Source: an uncultured archaeon (GTDB taxonomy: Archaea; Asgardarchaeota; Hermodarchaeia; Hermodarchaeales; Hermodarchaeaceae). Taken from it: a stretch of 64,000 nucleotides of DNA. Below the pieces are notes generated by a model. That model was not told the DNA's origin. It saw nothing but the letters and a program-made list of their open reading frames with translations, and did not search any database. Every line of letters starts with the position of its first letter. The stretch's first letter is position 1. Below are positions 35,223-45,712 of this stretch, piece by piece. Made by a program: the position numbers and the translations under genes. The stretch covers positions 1 through 64,000 of the forward strand of contig CAYFXC010000011.1 of assembly GCA_964347045.1 (NCBI GenBank). The letters run 5' to 3'.

Positions 35223-36750
35223 ATCAGAAAAAGCTCGACAAATCTTGGACTATCTTCGGGTCACAGGACGCCCAACAGCTCCCAAATCGATTGCTACAGC
35301 CTTGGCCTTAAACGATAATACTGTGCAGAGTCTTTTAGTGAATCTTCGTCACCGCAAACTCATCAAAGATTACGAAACTACAACAATCAAGTATTATCAG
35401 CTCACAAGCGAAGGACAACGGTTTGCTGACAAGGGACTACCGGAGGTTCGATTAGTGGCGCTCCTAGCAAAAGGGAGTGGTGAAGCCTCCGTGAGTTCAC
35501 TTGCTGAGGATAAAACCTTGGATTTAGACGAACAACAACTAGCCCTTGGATGGGCACGCCGAAATGGCTGGATAACCATTTCAACACGTGGTAGCGAAAC
35601 CTGGATGCATTTGTCACCTATTGCAATTGACTCTTCAGCTACTCATCCATTACAGCTTGCCTTGAATGCCACAACAGAGTCAGGTCAATTGCATAGAGAC
35701 CAAGTTGACTTCGATGCAAAAACATGGAAAACAATCAAACGGGATCTTCAAAAACGACAGCTTGCCGAGCTCGTGACCCAAAAAATGACGACGGTGATAA
35801 TTACCCCTGAAGGTAACCGCGCCCTCGACATTTCAGTATTGCAAAAAGATCTGATTCAAGATCTCACACCTTCTCTCCTTAAATCCGGACAATGGAAAAA
35901 TCGGGGGTTTCTCCCGTATAATCTTCGGGCTCCTACGTCTTCTCTTTATCCAGGAAAGAAACACCCCTACATTGAATTCATCGATCGGGTAAAACGAATT
36001 CTCATCGGATTAGGATTTCAAGAAGCCAAAGGACCACTTGTGGAATTAGAATTTTGGAATAATGATGCACTCTTCATGCCACAAGATCATGTTGCCCGTG
36101 AAGTACATGATATGTACCATGTTAAAAACCCAAAGGGGCCAGGAGCAATTTTGAATAGAACTGTCTTTGAACAAGTGGCTAAAACTCACGAGAATGGTTG
36201 GAAGACTGGTTCTACAGGGTGGAAATACAAGTATAGTTTCGATATCGCTCGACGATTAGTCATGCGTAGCCAAACCACCGCAGTCTCGGTTCGTTATCTT
36301 ATCGCGCATCAACAAGCACCCCTTCGCATGTTTAGCATAGATCGAAACTTCCGACCTGAGAAATTCGATGCAACACATTCCGCTGAGTTTAATCAGTGTG
36401 AAGGGATTATTGGAGGCGAAGGGCTAACGCTCCGGGATCTCATGGGCTATCTACGTGCAATTGCTGAAGCGGTTGGAATCAAGAAATTAAAATTCAAACC
36501 CGGCTTCTTTCCTTTCACCGAACCCTCTATTGAGGGCTTCATCTTCATTCCTGGGATCGGATGGAAGGAAGCATTACCGGGAGGTATTTTCAGACCAGAA
36601 GTAACTTTACCCTTGGGAATAACCTTTCCTGTTTTAGCCTGGGGAATTGGCATTGACCGTTTAGCAATGGCCGCCTTAGGAATTAGTGACATACGTGAAC
36701 TAGTTACTCGAGATCTAGGCTGGCTTCGGAGGGCTTCTTTAAGATTCTAG
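35209..36750 (+). CDS. pheS: phenylalanine--tRNA ligase alpha subunit (archaeal/eukaryotic type)
   Basis: N-terminal wHTH domains, GKKHPY, FWN.DALF.PQDH.ARE, FR.E..DATHSAEF.Q.EG, FPFTEPS, GGIFRPE, AWGIGIDRLAM. Confidence 0.97.
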   Translation: MKYRISEKARQILDYLRVTGRPTAPKSIATALALNDNTVQSLLVNLRHRKLIKDYETTTIKYYQLTSEGQRFADKGLPEVRLVALLAKGSGEASVSSLAEDKTLDLDEQQLALGWARRNGWITISTRGSETWMHLSPIAIDSSATHPLQLALNATTESGQLHRDQVDFDAKTWKTIKRDLQKRQLAELVTQKMTTVIITPEGNRALDISVLQKDLIQDLTPSLLKSGQWKNRGFLPYNLRAPTSSLYPGKKHPYIEFIDRVKRILIGLGFQEAKGPLVELEFWNNDALFMPQDHVAREVHDMYHVKNPKGPGAILNRTVFEQVAKTHENGWKTGSTGWKYKYSFDIARRLVMRSQTTAVSVRYLIAHQQAPLRMFSIDRNFRPEKFDATHSAEFNQCEGIIGGEGLTLRDLMGYLRAIAEAVGIKKLKFKPGFFPFTEPSIEGFIFIPGIGWKEALPGGIFRPEVTLPLGITFPVLAWGIGIDRLAMAALGISDIRELVTRDLGWLRRASLRF

Positions 36751-36754
36751 GCAG

Positions 36755-38428
36755 GTGACCTCATTGAATGTAGATGTTCGTGTTTCTGATCTTTTGGAAT
36801 TAATTGGTCGAAACCTTTCATTAACTGAGTTGGAAGAAGCGCTATTCCTCATAAAATGCGAAATCGATCGAGTAGCTAATGGTGTAGCTACCATCGAGGT
36901 CAACCCTGATCGCGTAGATATGCTTTCCACCGAAGGCATCGCTCGAGCATTAAAGGGATTCCTAGAAATAGAAACTGGAGCACCAAAATACCCAGTCAAA
37001 TCGTCCCCTTGGCAAGCTATTGTAGACAAATCAGTTGCAAAAGTCCGCCCGTTCCTAGCATGTGGTATTGTTCGAGGACTAAATTTAGATGATGACCTCA
37101 TCGCTGAATTTATGCAACTTCAAGAACGTCTAACAAGTACTTTTGGCCGAAATCGAAAACGAACTAGCATTGGATTGTATGTCTTGGATCTCATTACTCC
37201 TCCTATTCATTATCGAACTGCGACACCAGATTCAATCAAGTTCGTTCCACTTGAATACCATACAGAACTCACAGCCAAACAAATACTTCGAAATCATCCA
37301 AAGGGACAAGAGTTTGGTGGTATCATCAAATCATTTCCACGCTATCCCATTCTAGTTGATGCTAAAGAAAAGGTCCTAAGCTTACCTCCTGTAATTAATA
37401 GTAATGACTTGGGTCGCCTATTAGTCACCACGAAAGATGTTTTTGTCGAAGTTACAGGCACACACAAACAAACGACTCTACAATCCCTTAATATCATAAT
37501 TACGGCTTTGGCTGAAAGAGGAGGCTCGCTTGAAGAAGTCGAGGTAGTATATTCGAGTCACAGTGAACGGCTGCCTGATCTTTCACTAACAAACCGAGAT
37601 GTTTCTTTGAATCATATCAACAAAACTATAGGATACAACTTCGGCGGGCGTGCTGTTGTCCGGGCGCTCAAACGGATGCGAATGGCTGCGAATGCAGATC
37701 AAAAAACTGTACACGTGGGAATCCCTGCTTATCGTGTTGATATTCTACATGATGTTGACATCATTGAAGATGTTGCAATTGGTTATGGGTATGACAGAAT
37801 TGAACCAGAACTGCCTCAAACGATGACTGTTGGTCAAGAACTACCAATGACAACGATGCAGCGAACAATGCGTGATCTAATGGTTGGGCTTGGCTATCAA
37901 GAGGTGACGAACTACGTTTTAACAAATACTCGCGTTCTATTTGATCAAATGAATAGGCCACAAAAAGGCGTGGTTGAACTTTCGAATCCAAAATCAATGG
38001 AATATCATGTGGCGCGGAACAGCCTGGTTCCTGGATTGCTAGCTTTCTTAAGTGAAAATACTGCTCAGGAGCTTCCACATCGGGTTTTTGAATTGGGAAC
38101 AGTGGTCACACTTGATCTTAGAGCTGAAACTTTAACCAATACGGTTCCCCACCTCGCAGCAGGAATTGTGAATTCACGGGTAGACATTACTACATTGAAA
38201 GCTGAACTATTCACCCTGTTGGGTAATTTGGGGTTAACAGGGAAAGTCACGAACGCATCCAACCCTTCGTTTATCAAGGGTCGGGTTGCCAATCTCCTCA
38301 TCAATGGTCAGCATCTAGGGATATTGGGGGAAATTCATCCTTCGGTTCTACAGAATTTTGGGATTGAGGCCCCTTGTGTTGTCTTTGAGTTTCAAATTCT
38401 TGCGGATTGGCTTCCAAAAATCGAATAA
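36755..38428 (+). CDS. pheT: phenylalanine--tRNA ligase beta subunit
   Basis: NPDRVDMLSTEGIARAL, VRPF, QERL..TFGRNR, LSLPPVINS, PAYRVDILHDVDIIEDVAIGYGY, GEIHP. Confidence 0.97.
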   Translation: MTSLNVDVRVSDLLELIGRNLSLTELEEALFLIKCEIDRVANGVATIEVNPDRVDMLSTEGIARALKGFLEIETGAPKYPVKSSPWQAIVDKSVAKVRPFLACGIVRGLNLDDDLIAEFMQLQERLTSTFGRNRKRTSIGLYVLDLITPPIHYRTATPDSIKFVPLEYHTELTAKQILRNHPKGQEFGGIIKSFPRYPILVDAKEKVLSLPPVINSNDLGRLLVTTKDVFVEVTGTHKQTTLQSLNIIITALAERGGSLEEVEVVYSSHSERLPDLSLTNRDVSLNHINKTIGYNFGGRAVVRALKRMRMAANADQKTVHVGIPAYRVDILHDVDIIEDVAIGYGYDRIEPELPQTMTVGQELPMTTMQRTMRDLMVGLGYQEVTNYVLTNTRVLFDQMNRPQKGVVELSNPKSMEYHVARNSLVPGLLAFLSENTAQELPHRVFELGTVVTLDLRAETLTNTVPHLAAGIVNSRVDITTLKAELFTLLGNLGLTGKVTNASNPSFIKGRVANLLINGQHLGILGEIHPSVLQNFGIEAPCVVFEFQILADWLPKIE

Positions 38429-38532
38429 TGATAAGCACGCCACTAAGATTATAATATGAGATAAATAAAGTAATTGAAGGGTAAGGTCTCTTTACACCTA
38501 TTCAATAAGGCTCGCTTACAAATCTTCACACC

Positions 38533-39375
38533 GTGTGGTGTAAAACATTGGCAAAGCGTACTAATCTCATCTCTCGGCTTCTTCAAATTACGGCACTCAT
38601 TCTTTATGCCTTTGCTGGGTATCGTCTTTATCGATACTTCACAAACTGGCTCCAACCACCTGAATATATGATTTATGCAATCTTTGCATCTATTATTATT
38701 GCTTCAGGAATACTCATCTTTGATGATGTTTACAAACCCGGACCACACTATGTTGGGTGGACTTTCCTATTTGCCATTGGAATCCTCTCGCTAATTTTCG
38801 GAATATACTTCACGTTCTTCCCCGAATTCACCTCTATTAACCCTTACACTGGAATCTGGCTTAGGGCGTTTGTTTTTCTCGTTCTGGGTATAATCATAAT
38901 TATCGAGTCTCTCCTTGTCAAACGCGAAGTTGTTAAAGGCGATCACGGAGTTAATTCTGACACAGTTGGTCCGCTTCTCCTTAAGTTTACAGCGATTTTT
39001 GGTCTTGCATTTGGTGGTTATCAAATGGCGTGGGTCCTTGTTCCCTTTCTCAGGGATGTGGACTTATTCACATTGATGCCCCTCCTTCTCAGTGCACTTG
39101 GGTTTGTCTTAGCTTGCAGTCTCATGATAATCTACGTTGAAACCCAAAAGCGGCAACCTCACTTTCGAAGGCGGCGGTTCCCATTATTCATGAGCTTCCT
39201 TCTAGTATTGCTGATTATACCAAATACGGCTATCTATTTGCAGATTTACTTCACATTTCCAGTAACTGAAATTACAATGAATTTACTCTTTAATGCAATA
39301 GCCGTATTATGTCTTAGTGTTACGGTGCTTTTGACATCATTCTATGTTGTCTATCATCCGACCAAAGCTCGCTAG
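38533..39375 (+). CDS. hypothetical polytopic membrane protein (~8 TM)
   Basis: 280 aa of repeated hydrophobic helices with basic loops; start may be TTG 38548. Confidence 0.75.
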   Translation: MWCKTLAKRTNLISRLLQITALILYAFAGYRLYRYFTNWLQPPEYMIYAIFASIIIASGILIFDDVYKPGPHYVGWTFLFAIGILSLIFGIYFTFFPEFTSINPYTGIWLRAFVFLVLGIIIIIESLLVKREVVKGDHGVNSDTVGPLLLKFTAIFGLAFGGYQMAWVLVPFLRDVDLFTLMPLLLSALGFVLACSLMIIYVETQKRQPHFRRRRFPLFMSFLLVLLIIPNTAIYLQIYFTFPVTEITMNLLFNAIAVLCLSVTVLLTSFYVVYHPTKAR

Positions 39376-39394
39376 CTTTGGTCTCTCCCATTCT

Positions 39395-39934
39395 TTAAAA
39401 GCCAAACATTTGGCGAGTGTCTCGATAGATTTGGCTCCGGTTTTCGGGTGTCAGAACCATAATGGTGACATCTTCTCGATTTTTAATATCTGTCACCAAA
39501 GGAGTTTTAAGTCGTATCCCGAGTGTACCTAGGACTGCTTTCGATGAGTTTAGTGCTTCAGTTACACTGGAGAGAAACTCGGGGACGGCTACTTCCATTT
39601 TCCCTATCTCATCGATGATAACAAAATCCGCTTCTATTATTGCTGAATCAATTGCTGTTACTCCAAGATCTCGTATAGCTTCAAGGTTTACACCATAACG
39701 ACCAACAGAAACAGGACTAGATAGTTCTGTTGATGCCATGATCTGTTCTTCACCTGTCGCAATGTTTTGAATGAGAAATCCTCCTCGTTTACCAGTCTTT
39801 AATCGAAATTCAGGTGTACTTATTCCACCCACTTTGATTCCCCTTTGTCGAGCGTTCTCAACAAGACGGTTGACAAGTGAGCTTTTTCCGCATCCTGGAA
39901 GACCAGTAACTAACACGTTAGCCTTTCTTAACAA
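39395..39934 (-). CDS. THEP1/NTPCR-family nucleoside triphosphatase
   Basis: VTGLPGCGKS, GG..T.E.R..G.R.GF, VGRYGV, IIDEIGKME. Confidence 0.93.
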   Translation of the reverse strand: MLRKANVLVTGLPGCGKSSLVNRLVENARQRGIKVGGISTPEFRLKTGKRGGFLIQNIATGEEQIMASTELSSPVSVGRYGVNLEAIRDLGVTAIDSAIIEADFVIIDEIGKMEVAVPEFLSSVTEALNSSKAVLGTLGIRLKTPLVTDIKNREDVTIMVLTPENRSQIYRDTRQMFGF

Positions 39935-39937
39935 TAA

Positions 39938-40444
39938 CTATCTCTCTCCCTGATAAGTACCCGAATAAGATTGAGTTTCTTGGAGTATTTTGAAGAAGAC
40001 TAGATGAAGTAATCGTGCATTCGGTTTCAAGATGAAACCATGCGGATTGTAAACGGTAAGTAGTCCGCGGGAGCGACCCTTATATCCTGCATCCCAAACC
40101 GCGGATTCAATGGTTACTCCAGACCGGAGTAAGGATGAGCGTGGACGTCCGATGGCTATTATATCTCGTGGGATGTGAACTATTTCATTATATGTGACCA
40201 AATACGTTCCGAGTTCAAGATTATATTGCCCTTTTTGCAGGGGCAGTTCTTCATATTTAGGAATAATTCGCTCCTTATTTGAGAAATCAACGATTCCAGG
40301 TCCTTTGAAAGTGAAAATCTTATGTAAGGTTAATTCTACACCATTAGGTGAAACTTGAATTGATTGATCAACCATGTTTGTAACAAGTTGTTGTTGAGAA
40401 ATTAAGGTTAGGAGAGTTTTTCGATCAACAACTACCATATCCAT
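39938..40444 (-). CDS. dut: archaeal dUTPase (dCTP deaminase/dUTPase family)
   Basis: PNGVELTL, PRSSLLRSG, AVWDAGYKGR, YSGTYQGE. Confidence 0.85.
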   Translation of the reverse strand: MDMVVVDRKTLLTLISQQQLVTNMVDQSIQVSPNGVELTLHKIFTFKGPGIVDFSNKERIIPKYEELPLQKGQYNLELGTYLVTYNEIVHIPRDIIAIGRPRSSLLRSGVTIESAVWDAGYKGRSRGLLTVYNPHGFILKPNARLLHLVFFKILQETQSYSGTYQGER

Positions 40445-40569
40445 AATTCACCCTACTCAAGCTTGAACTACTGAACCCTTTAAGCTGTTGGATTTTGACT
40501 AGTGTTGATGAAACTTAGGTGATTGATAACGGAAAGCCTTTTCCAAAGGTCGCGGCAAGAAGTGGGGTT

Positions 40570-41262
40570 ATGGGGAATACCGTTCAACCTGAAGATGGGA
40601 AACAGGAACGAACAATTACAGCTTGTCCTTTATGTGGCGAATCCTTGCCCATATCTCCCAGAGAATCCCCGGCCTATTGTCCGTCATGTGAATTTAATTT
40701 AGACCTATTGCGTCGAGATGAAAAACCACCAGTTCCTCAAACTGAGCCCGCATATGTTCCTAAACTTGTCTTTTGGCTTATCGGTGCCCAAATCGTGATT
40801 TCAGGGATATTTGCAGTCGCCTTTCTATTCTTTTCTGCTCCAATATACCTTGGAACTCCACAACTAATAGCTGCACTTCATTTTTTGACAATCTTTGCAT
40901 TGGGACTTTTTGCTCTGTTCTTGTATCTGCAAAAAGGTATTACCATTTTTCGAATCGGGCTCATGGCATTGGGTGTTGTTTCACTTCCACCTGGTGTCTT
41001 ATCCATCGCTGCAGCCTTTGCAATCTCACCTCTCCAGCGCTGGTGCATTATTTGTGGAAATCAAATCAAATGGGTGGCCCACATTGAATGCCCACATTGT
41101 CAGGCTTCCATGCATCGCTGGGGCTCTTGCCGAAACAAACGTTTAACAAATATTGCTGAATCTTTTCAACAAGAAGCGCTGTCATTGCAAATCGAATTCA
41201 CTTGTCCAAACTGCTTCAAGTTTATGCAGCTGGATCAAAATGAGGAGAAAACCAATGACTGA
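40570..41262 (+). CDS. zinc-ribbon + 3-4 TM + C4HC3 RING-like membrane protein
   Basis: CPLC..CPSC; TM block; CIIC-x11-CPHC-x4-H-x4-C...CPNC. Confidence 0.7.
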   Translation: MGNTVQPEDGKQERTITACPLCGESLPISPRESPAYCPSCEFNLDLLRRDEKPPVPQTEPAYVPKLVFWLIGAQIVISGIFAVAFLFFSAPIYLGTPQLIAALHFLTIFALGLFALFLYLQKGITIFRIGLMALGVVSLPPGVLSIAAAFAISPLQRWCIICGNQIKWVAHIECPHCQASMHRWGSCRNKRLTNIAESFQQEALSLQIEFTCPNCFKFMQLDQNEEKTND

Positions 41263-42082
41263 AAAGCGATATCCCACACGATTTTGTCCATACTGTGCAA
41301 CGCCTATCAAATCTCCAACAAGGTACTGTGAAACATGCGGGGCTGAAATCACCTGGTCCATCACCGAAAGCCAAACTCCTCCCTGGCCGTGGACGTCAAA
41401 AGCTACCTACATAATAACTATCATTACCTACGGTGTTTTTTTCCTGTTAACCTTCGCTATCATATTCTATTACCTTTTCTTCTGGGGGATTCCCCTATTA
41501 GACATTGGCATCATAATGTTTGATCCCGCCTTTCTTTTCTTGCTAGCCCTTAGTGAGGTCGTATTTGTAATTATTCCAGGGGCATTTGTAAAAAGTCTTA
41601 AAATAAAGGGTGAAAAACTTGGAGTCGCCACCGATGGAATCCCAACGCTAGCTAAAGATTTAGTGTTAGGTATAGCTATCGGTGCGGTAATGGTTCCATT
41701 AATAATCCTCCTTGATCTCTACGAACTTCTTGCTCCTGGAGTCGGTCCTCCATCTGCTCCTCCCACACCTGTTGAGCTTTTTTGGGTCGGAATGCTTTTT
41801 TTATCAGTAATCTTTGTAATTGCTCCCGCTGAGGAATTTCTTTTTCGTGGCTTCATCCAAAATTCCTTAGAAGCTCACTACGGGCGCATTGGAGGATTAC
41901 TTGTTGCATCGATAATCTTTGGACTTGCACATCTCAATCCATTGATTGGTATTTTCCACACTATTGGTGGAATTATACTTGGATTACTCTTCCAATGGCG
42001 CGGTCGACGACTTGCAGGACCGATTGCCGCCCATGCTACTTATGATTGCATACTTATTTTGCTCGACGCGTTCTTAATCTGA
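41255..42082 (+). CDS. CPBP (Rce1/Abi-type) intramembrane protease with N-terminal zinc ribbon
   Basis: ATG 41255 with GAGGAG SD; FCPYC..YCETCG; EEFLFRG, FGLAH, HATYD. Confidence 0.9.
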   Translation: MTEKRYPTRFCPYCATPIKSPTRYCETCGAEITWSITESQTPPWPWTSKATYIITIITYGVFFLLTFAIIFYYLFFWGIPLLDIGIIMFDPAFLFLLALSEVVFVIIPGAFVKSLKIKGEKLGVATDGIPTLAKDLVLGIAIGAVMVPLIILLDLYELLAPGVGPPSAPPTPVELFWVGMLFLSVIFVIAPAEEFLFRGFIQNSLEAHYGRIGGLLVASIIFGLAHLNPLIGIFHTIGGIILGLLFQWRGRRLAGPIAAHATYDCILILLDAFLI

Positions 42083-42095
42083 TGAGAACAGAAAT

Positions 42096-45000
42096 TTAGG
42101 AAAGGCTTGGAAAGGGATTCCCGCAAAGACTATAACTTAACCAACTATGTGGGGACGGTCCTCGACTCGCTAATTTTCGACGGGTGTGCATTAACGCGAC
42201 TGCAATCGGATCTCCTTCAAATATTTGCTTAATAATCGCTTGAGAAAAGGTCGGTTGAAGCTGCTCTTCTGGGCGCCATCGTGTGAACACGATAGACGGG
42301 GATCCTGCAGTGACCAAATGACGGAGAAATCCCGATTGTTCGAAGCCGTCTGCAGTGGGCTCGATTCTTGTACAGTCATCCAAAATTAATACTGGTGCTC
42401 CTTTGAAATATGTTGTCACACCAATCTCAATGATCCGAAGGCTGTCGGGCCGCTGAAGTGGAATTTCACCTTTGCGGTGATGAATTGATGTCGGAGTAGA
42501 AAGAAAGAGAAGAGAACGAGGTTGATCCATGTTTGTCGTAAGAAGACTACGATTGAAATCACGTCCAAAGAGTACGATTGGTTCTGACACTCCTTGGCGA
42601 GTTGGAACCGAGGCAAGAAAAGCCTTTGTAATTTCTTCTGCTATTTCTTTTCGTGAAACCTTGTCTTCTGGATTGACATTGACACCAAGAATTACCGAAG
42701 TGGGACCCGTTTGAGCGAGAGCCTTAGTTTTTAAAGTACTCTCAAAGAATTGAAAATCAGGCACCCAGGCCATGGGATATTTCAGACCCCAGTATTCCTT
42801 TCCATCAAAAATCAACTCAAAAGGAACATTATTGAGAAACCCATCAGTGATAAACTGAAGAAAACCATACGACTGGCTTTCAAGCTCTCTTTCAAGCCGA
42901 CTTGGAACTAAACTTCGATACAGGAAAGAAGCCACATCCTTAAGGTCTGCCATCGAAGGGAGATCCTTTGAGCTTCTAATCCCCTGAAACGATTGTACAA
43001 CAGATGGTAAATCCGATGAAATAGGTAAAGTATGAATATTATGACGACCAACGTGATCCAGCGTCGAGACTATAATACGTTGTTTCACTGGAAGAACATC
43101 ATAGTTAATTAAAATCCATCGACGATCGTGGGGCATAAGTGCTGATAATTTCTGTAGCATTTTGTAATCCTGAGGGATCATACCTCTTCCTGGGTCAGGA
43201 CAAGCTGCAGCAATGACGTTTCTGTTAACATTAATTTTTTCCAAGATTTCATTTAACTCTGCACGAAGCGCATTTCGGCGAGCGTTATATTCTTCCTTGG
43301 GTCTCCCTTTTGGTGAGAGTTCACCTAACTGGCGTTTTAAATCACTCGCGCGTTTAAGGAGTGCATTTTCTTCCTGCAATAACTTGGAAAGTTCATTACA
43401 CCGTTCAAAACCAAGATTATTAGTCAAGAAAGGGTGTAATCGGGCAACTTTCCTAGGAGTAGACCAGTCAATAATCTTGTCAACAATACCCCGCTCGTTT
43501 TGCTTAACGTATTTTTGAGCTCCAAGGTGAATTGCTTCGACTAACGCAATTTCCACATTCTTCCAAGAAAGTGGGATATTCTCAGGCGTGAAATCCATGG
43601 GGATATCCAATTCCTTACCGAAAGTCACTGCTTTGGCAATTGTTTGGCTGACCGAGTCGAAATCTGAGGAATCCGCCCGTAAACTAGCCTGTTTGAGAAG
43701 CGTTTGAAAGTATTCTTGTGGATATTCACTCTCACTGAAAATTGCTGCAGCTTTTTCGTAGTACTCCAACGCCTTTGCTGTATCTTCAGCTTCAATTAAT
43801 GGAGCAAGTTTATAGAATAGCTTGGCTTCGATTTTCGCATCCTTTTGTGGACCTAAAGCTTCAAGTGCTCCTAAAAGAGCCTCTTTTTGCAGGTTTGGTT
43901 TTCCGAGCTGCCTATACGATTCAGCCATTTGTAAATAGGCTTCATTCCTCTCAAACCATGGTTCTTCTCCAAAATCCTTAATGGCTTGACTAAAATGTTG
44001 TGCGGCCTCAGAAAACTGGTCAATTTTCATTAAAACCAAACCAAGACTTATGGCTGCCTCAGCCCGAAGTCTGGTTGGTAATTGCTCATCATGGATGGCT
44101 TTTTCTAAAACACCTCGTGTCTGTTCGGGTGCTTCTGTTTCAAGTAATAATTGCGCGAGACTTACTCTAAGCGTTGAAGCAAGCAGAGACTTACCTTGAG
44201 TCTCTGCTCTTTTGAGCTCTTCTTGCAAAAAGGGAAGCTCCTCCTCAACTTTCTGAGTTTTCTTTATTGAATTTAATAGAAGTCGGAAGCCTCGAATTTC
44301 GAGATTTTCTTCGTTTAACTTTCGAAGCAGATTTAGTGCCAATTTGCTTTGTTCTAGTGCCTCACTAATTTGGGCAAGCTCAAATACTAGTTCTCCCACT
44401 TCAATATAGATTTGGGCCTCTTGCTCAAGACGAGCTTGTTCTTGATAGTATCGGATAGCTTGAGTAAATTCTTGTTCTGCTTGTTTTTGTTTTCCGATGC
44501 GCAAAAATGATTTCCCTTTCAAAACATGGGTATGTAAGTCTCGGGCCTTTTCATTCAAATGAGCAAAGATTTCAATCGCCTTGTCAAAAAGCCGAAGGGC
44601 TCTCACATCTTGAACCAAACGCTCTAAAATCTGAGCCACAACTACAGCCGTTTCTGCATAAGCAAGATAATTTTTTTGTTTTTCGAAGTATTTCAATGCA
44701 ACTTCGCCATGGGTCAACGCTTCTTCAGGTTGCCCTCTTTCAAGAATCAGATGTGCCAGGTGATATTCACAGAGTGCCAATCCGGTTTGATCAGATAAGT
44801 TCTTGAACACCGATTGTGCTTGCTGAATTGTTGCAAAAGCCTTATCCAGATATCCCTTGGCCATGTAGGTTCTGACTAACCCAAGGTACGCGTACGCGCT
44901 AGAATTAGGTTGTTGGGCCGTTTCCCAAATGCGAATAAGACGAGTGAGAATTTCTTCAGCCTTGTCATGGTCATCAAGATGTTGCAAAATTTGGGCATAT

Positions 45001-45515
45001 CTAGCAAGGGTTTCTCCCCGAATTTCGAGATCGTCAATGCTCTCTGATAATTTCACTGCTTCCTCAAATCGGGGTAGGCTTTGACGATAATTACCGGCTC
45101 GTGCTAGACTATTTCCAATTCTATTTAACATTAAGATTTGCGTTCTAGTGTCTTCACCGCCATTAGGAATATCGAGAGCTTGGATAAAAGAACGGTTAGC
45201 TTCCTCGAGATAACCTAAATCCTCCATGACTTGCCCCATAGTCAATAGCGCGGCACGGAGCGCCAGAGGGTCATTTACTTCACGCAGAATGCGAACAGCC
45301 TGCGTGCAACTTACGAGGGCTTCTTTTTTCTGTCCCAACGCCATCAATGCTTTTCCAATTTCTACACTGACAATGCCTGTTTCGCGCTTTTTTCCCTCTT
45401 TTTGGTATTGTTCTTGAGCTGCCTTCCAAGCTTTCAAAGCTTCCTTGTATGCTTTCTTTGTATAGTACTCACGTCCAATGTTGAATAGAGCATTCGCATC
45501 AGAATCGATGGACAC
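42096..45515 (-). CDS. TPR-repeat + CHAT (caspase/separase-related) domain protein
   Basis: ~600 aa of LGN/rapsyn-type TPRs; CHAT motifs ITDGFLNNVPFELI.DG, LILDDC, AGSPSIVFTRW, AL..TR, P.SWLSY.LCGNP. Confidence 0.88.
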   Translation of the reverse strand: MSIDSDANALFNIGREYYTKKAYKEALKAWKAAQEQYQKEGKKRETGIVSVEIGKALMALGQKKEALVSCTQAVRILREVNDPLALRAALLTMGQVMEDLGYLEEANRSFIQALDIPNGGEDTRTQILMLNRIGNSLARAGNYRQSLPRFEEAVKLSESIDDLEIRGETLARYAQILQHLDDHDKAEEILTRLIRIWETAQQPNSSAYAYLGLVRTYMAKGYLDKAFATIQQAQSVFKNLSDQTGLALCEYHLAHLILERGQPEEALTHGEVALKYFEKQKNYLAYAETAVVVAQILERLVQDVRALRLFDKAIEIFAHLNEKARDLHTHVLKGKSFLRIGKQKQAEQEFTQAIRYYQEQARLEQEAQIYIEVGELVFELAQISEALEQSKLALNLLRKLNEENLEIRGFRLLLNSIKKTQKVEEELPFLQEELKRAETQGKSLLASTLRVSLAQLLLETEAPEQTRGVLEKAIHDEQLPTRLRAEAAISLGLVLMKIDQFSEAAQHFSQAIKDFGEEPWFERNEAYLQMAESYRQLGKPNLQKEALLGALEALGPQKDAKIEAKLFYKLAPLIEAEDTAKALEYYEKAAAIFSESEYPQEYFQTLLKQASLRADSSDFDSVSQTIAKAVTFGKELDIPMDFTPENIPLSWKNVEIALVEAIHLGAQKYVKQNERGIVDKIIDWSTPRKVARLHPFLTNNLGFERCNELSKLLQEENALLKRASDLKRQLGELSPKGRPKEEYNARRNALRAELNEILEKINVNRNVIAAACPDPGRGMIPQDYKMLQKLSALMPHDRRWILINYDVLPVKQRIIVSTLDHVGRHNIHTLPISSDLPSVVQSFQGIRSSKDLPSMADLKDVASFLYRSLVPSRLERELESQSYGFLQFITDGFLNNVPFELIFDGKEYWGLKYPMAWVPDFQFFESTLKTKALAQTGPTSVILGVNVNPEDKVSRKEIAEEITKAFLASVPTRQGVSEPIVLFGRDFNRSLLTTNMDQPRSLLFLSTPTSIHHRKGEIPLQRPDSLRIIEIGVTTYFKGAPVLILDDCTRIEPTADGFEQSGFLRHLVTAGSPSIVFTRWRPEEQLQPTFSQAIIKQIFEGDPIAVALMHTRRKLASRGPSPHSWLSYSLCGNPFPSLS

Positions 45516-45712
45516 TGTTTAATTTCCTCATAGTGACTTTGTATTCTTTCCACAAAAGCCTAGCCATCTAATAAGTTAAATCATGCTGTTAATAGCCTCA
45601 AAGCATATTCAGAACCCAAATCGGTTAATCTGGGGGATTTCAAATAGTCGGCTAATAAAGTCTTTTTCATTAAGCGCTAATATGCAAGATTTTTCTTGGG
45701 AAAAATACTGAG

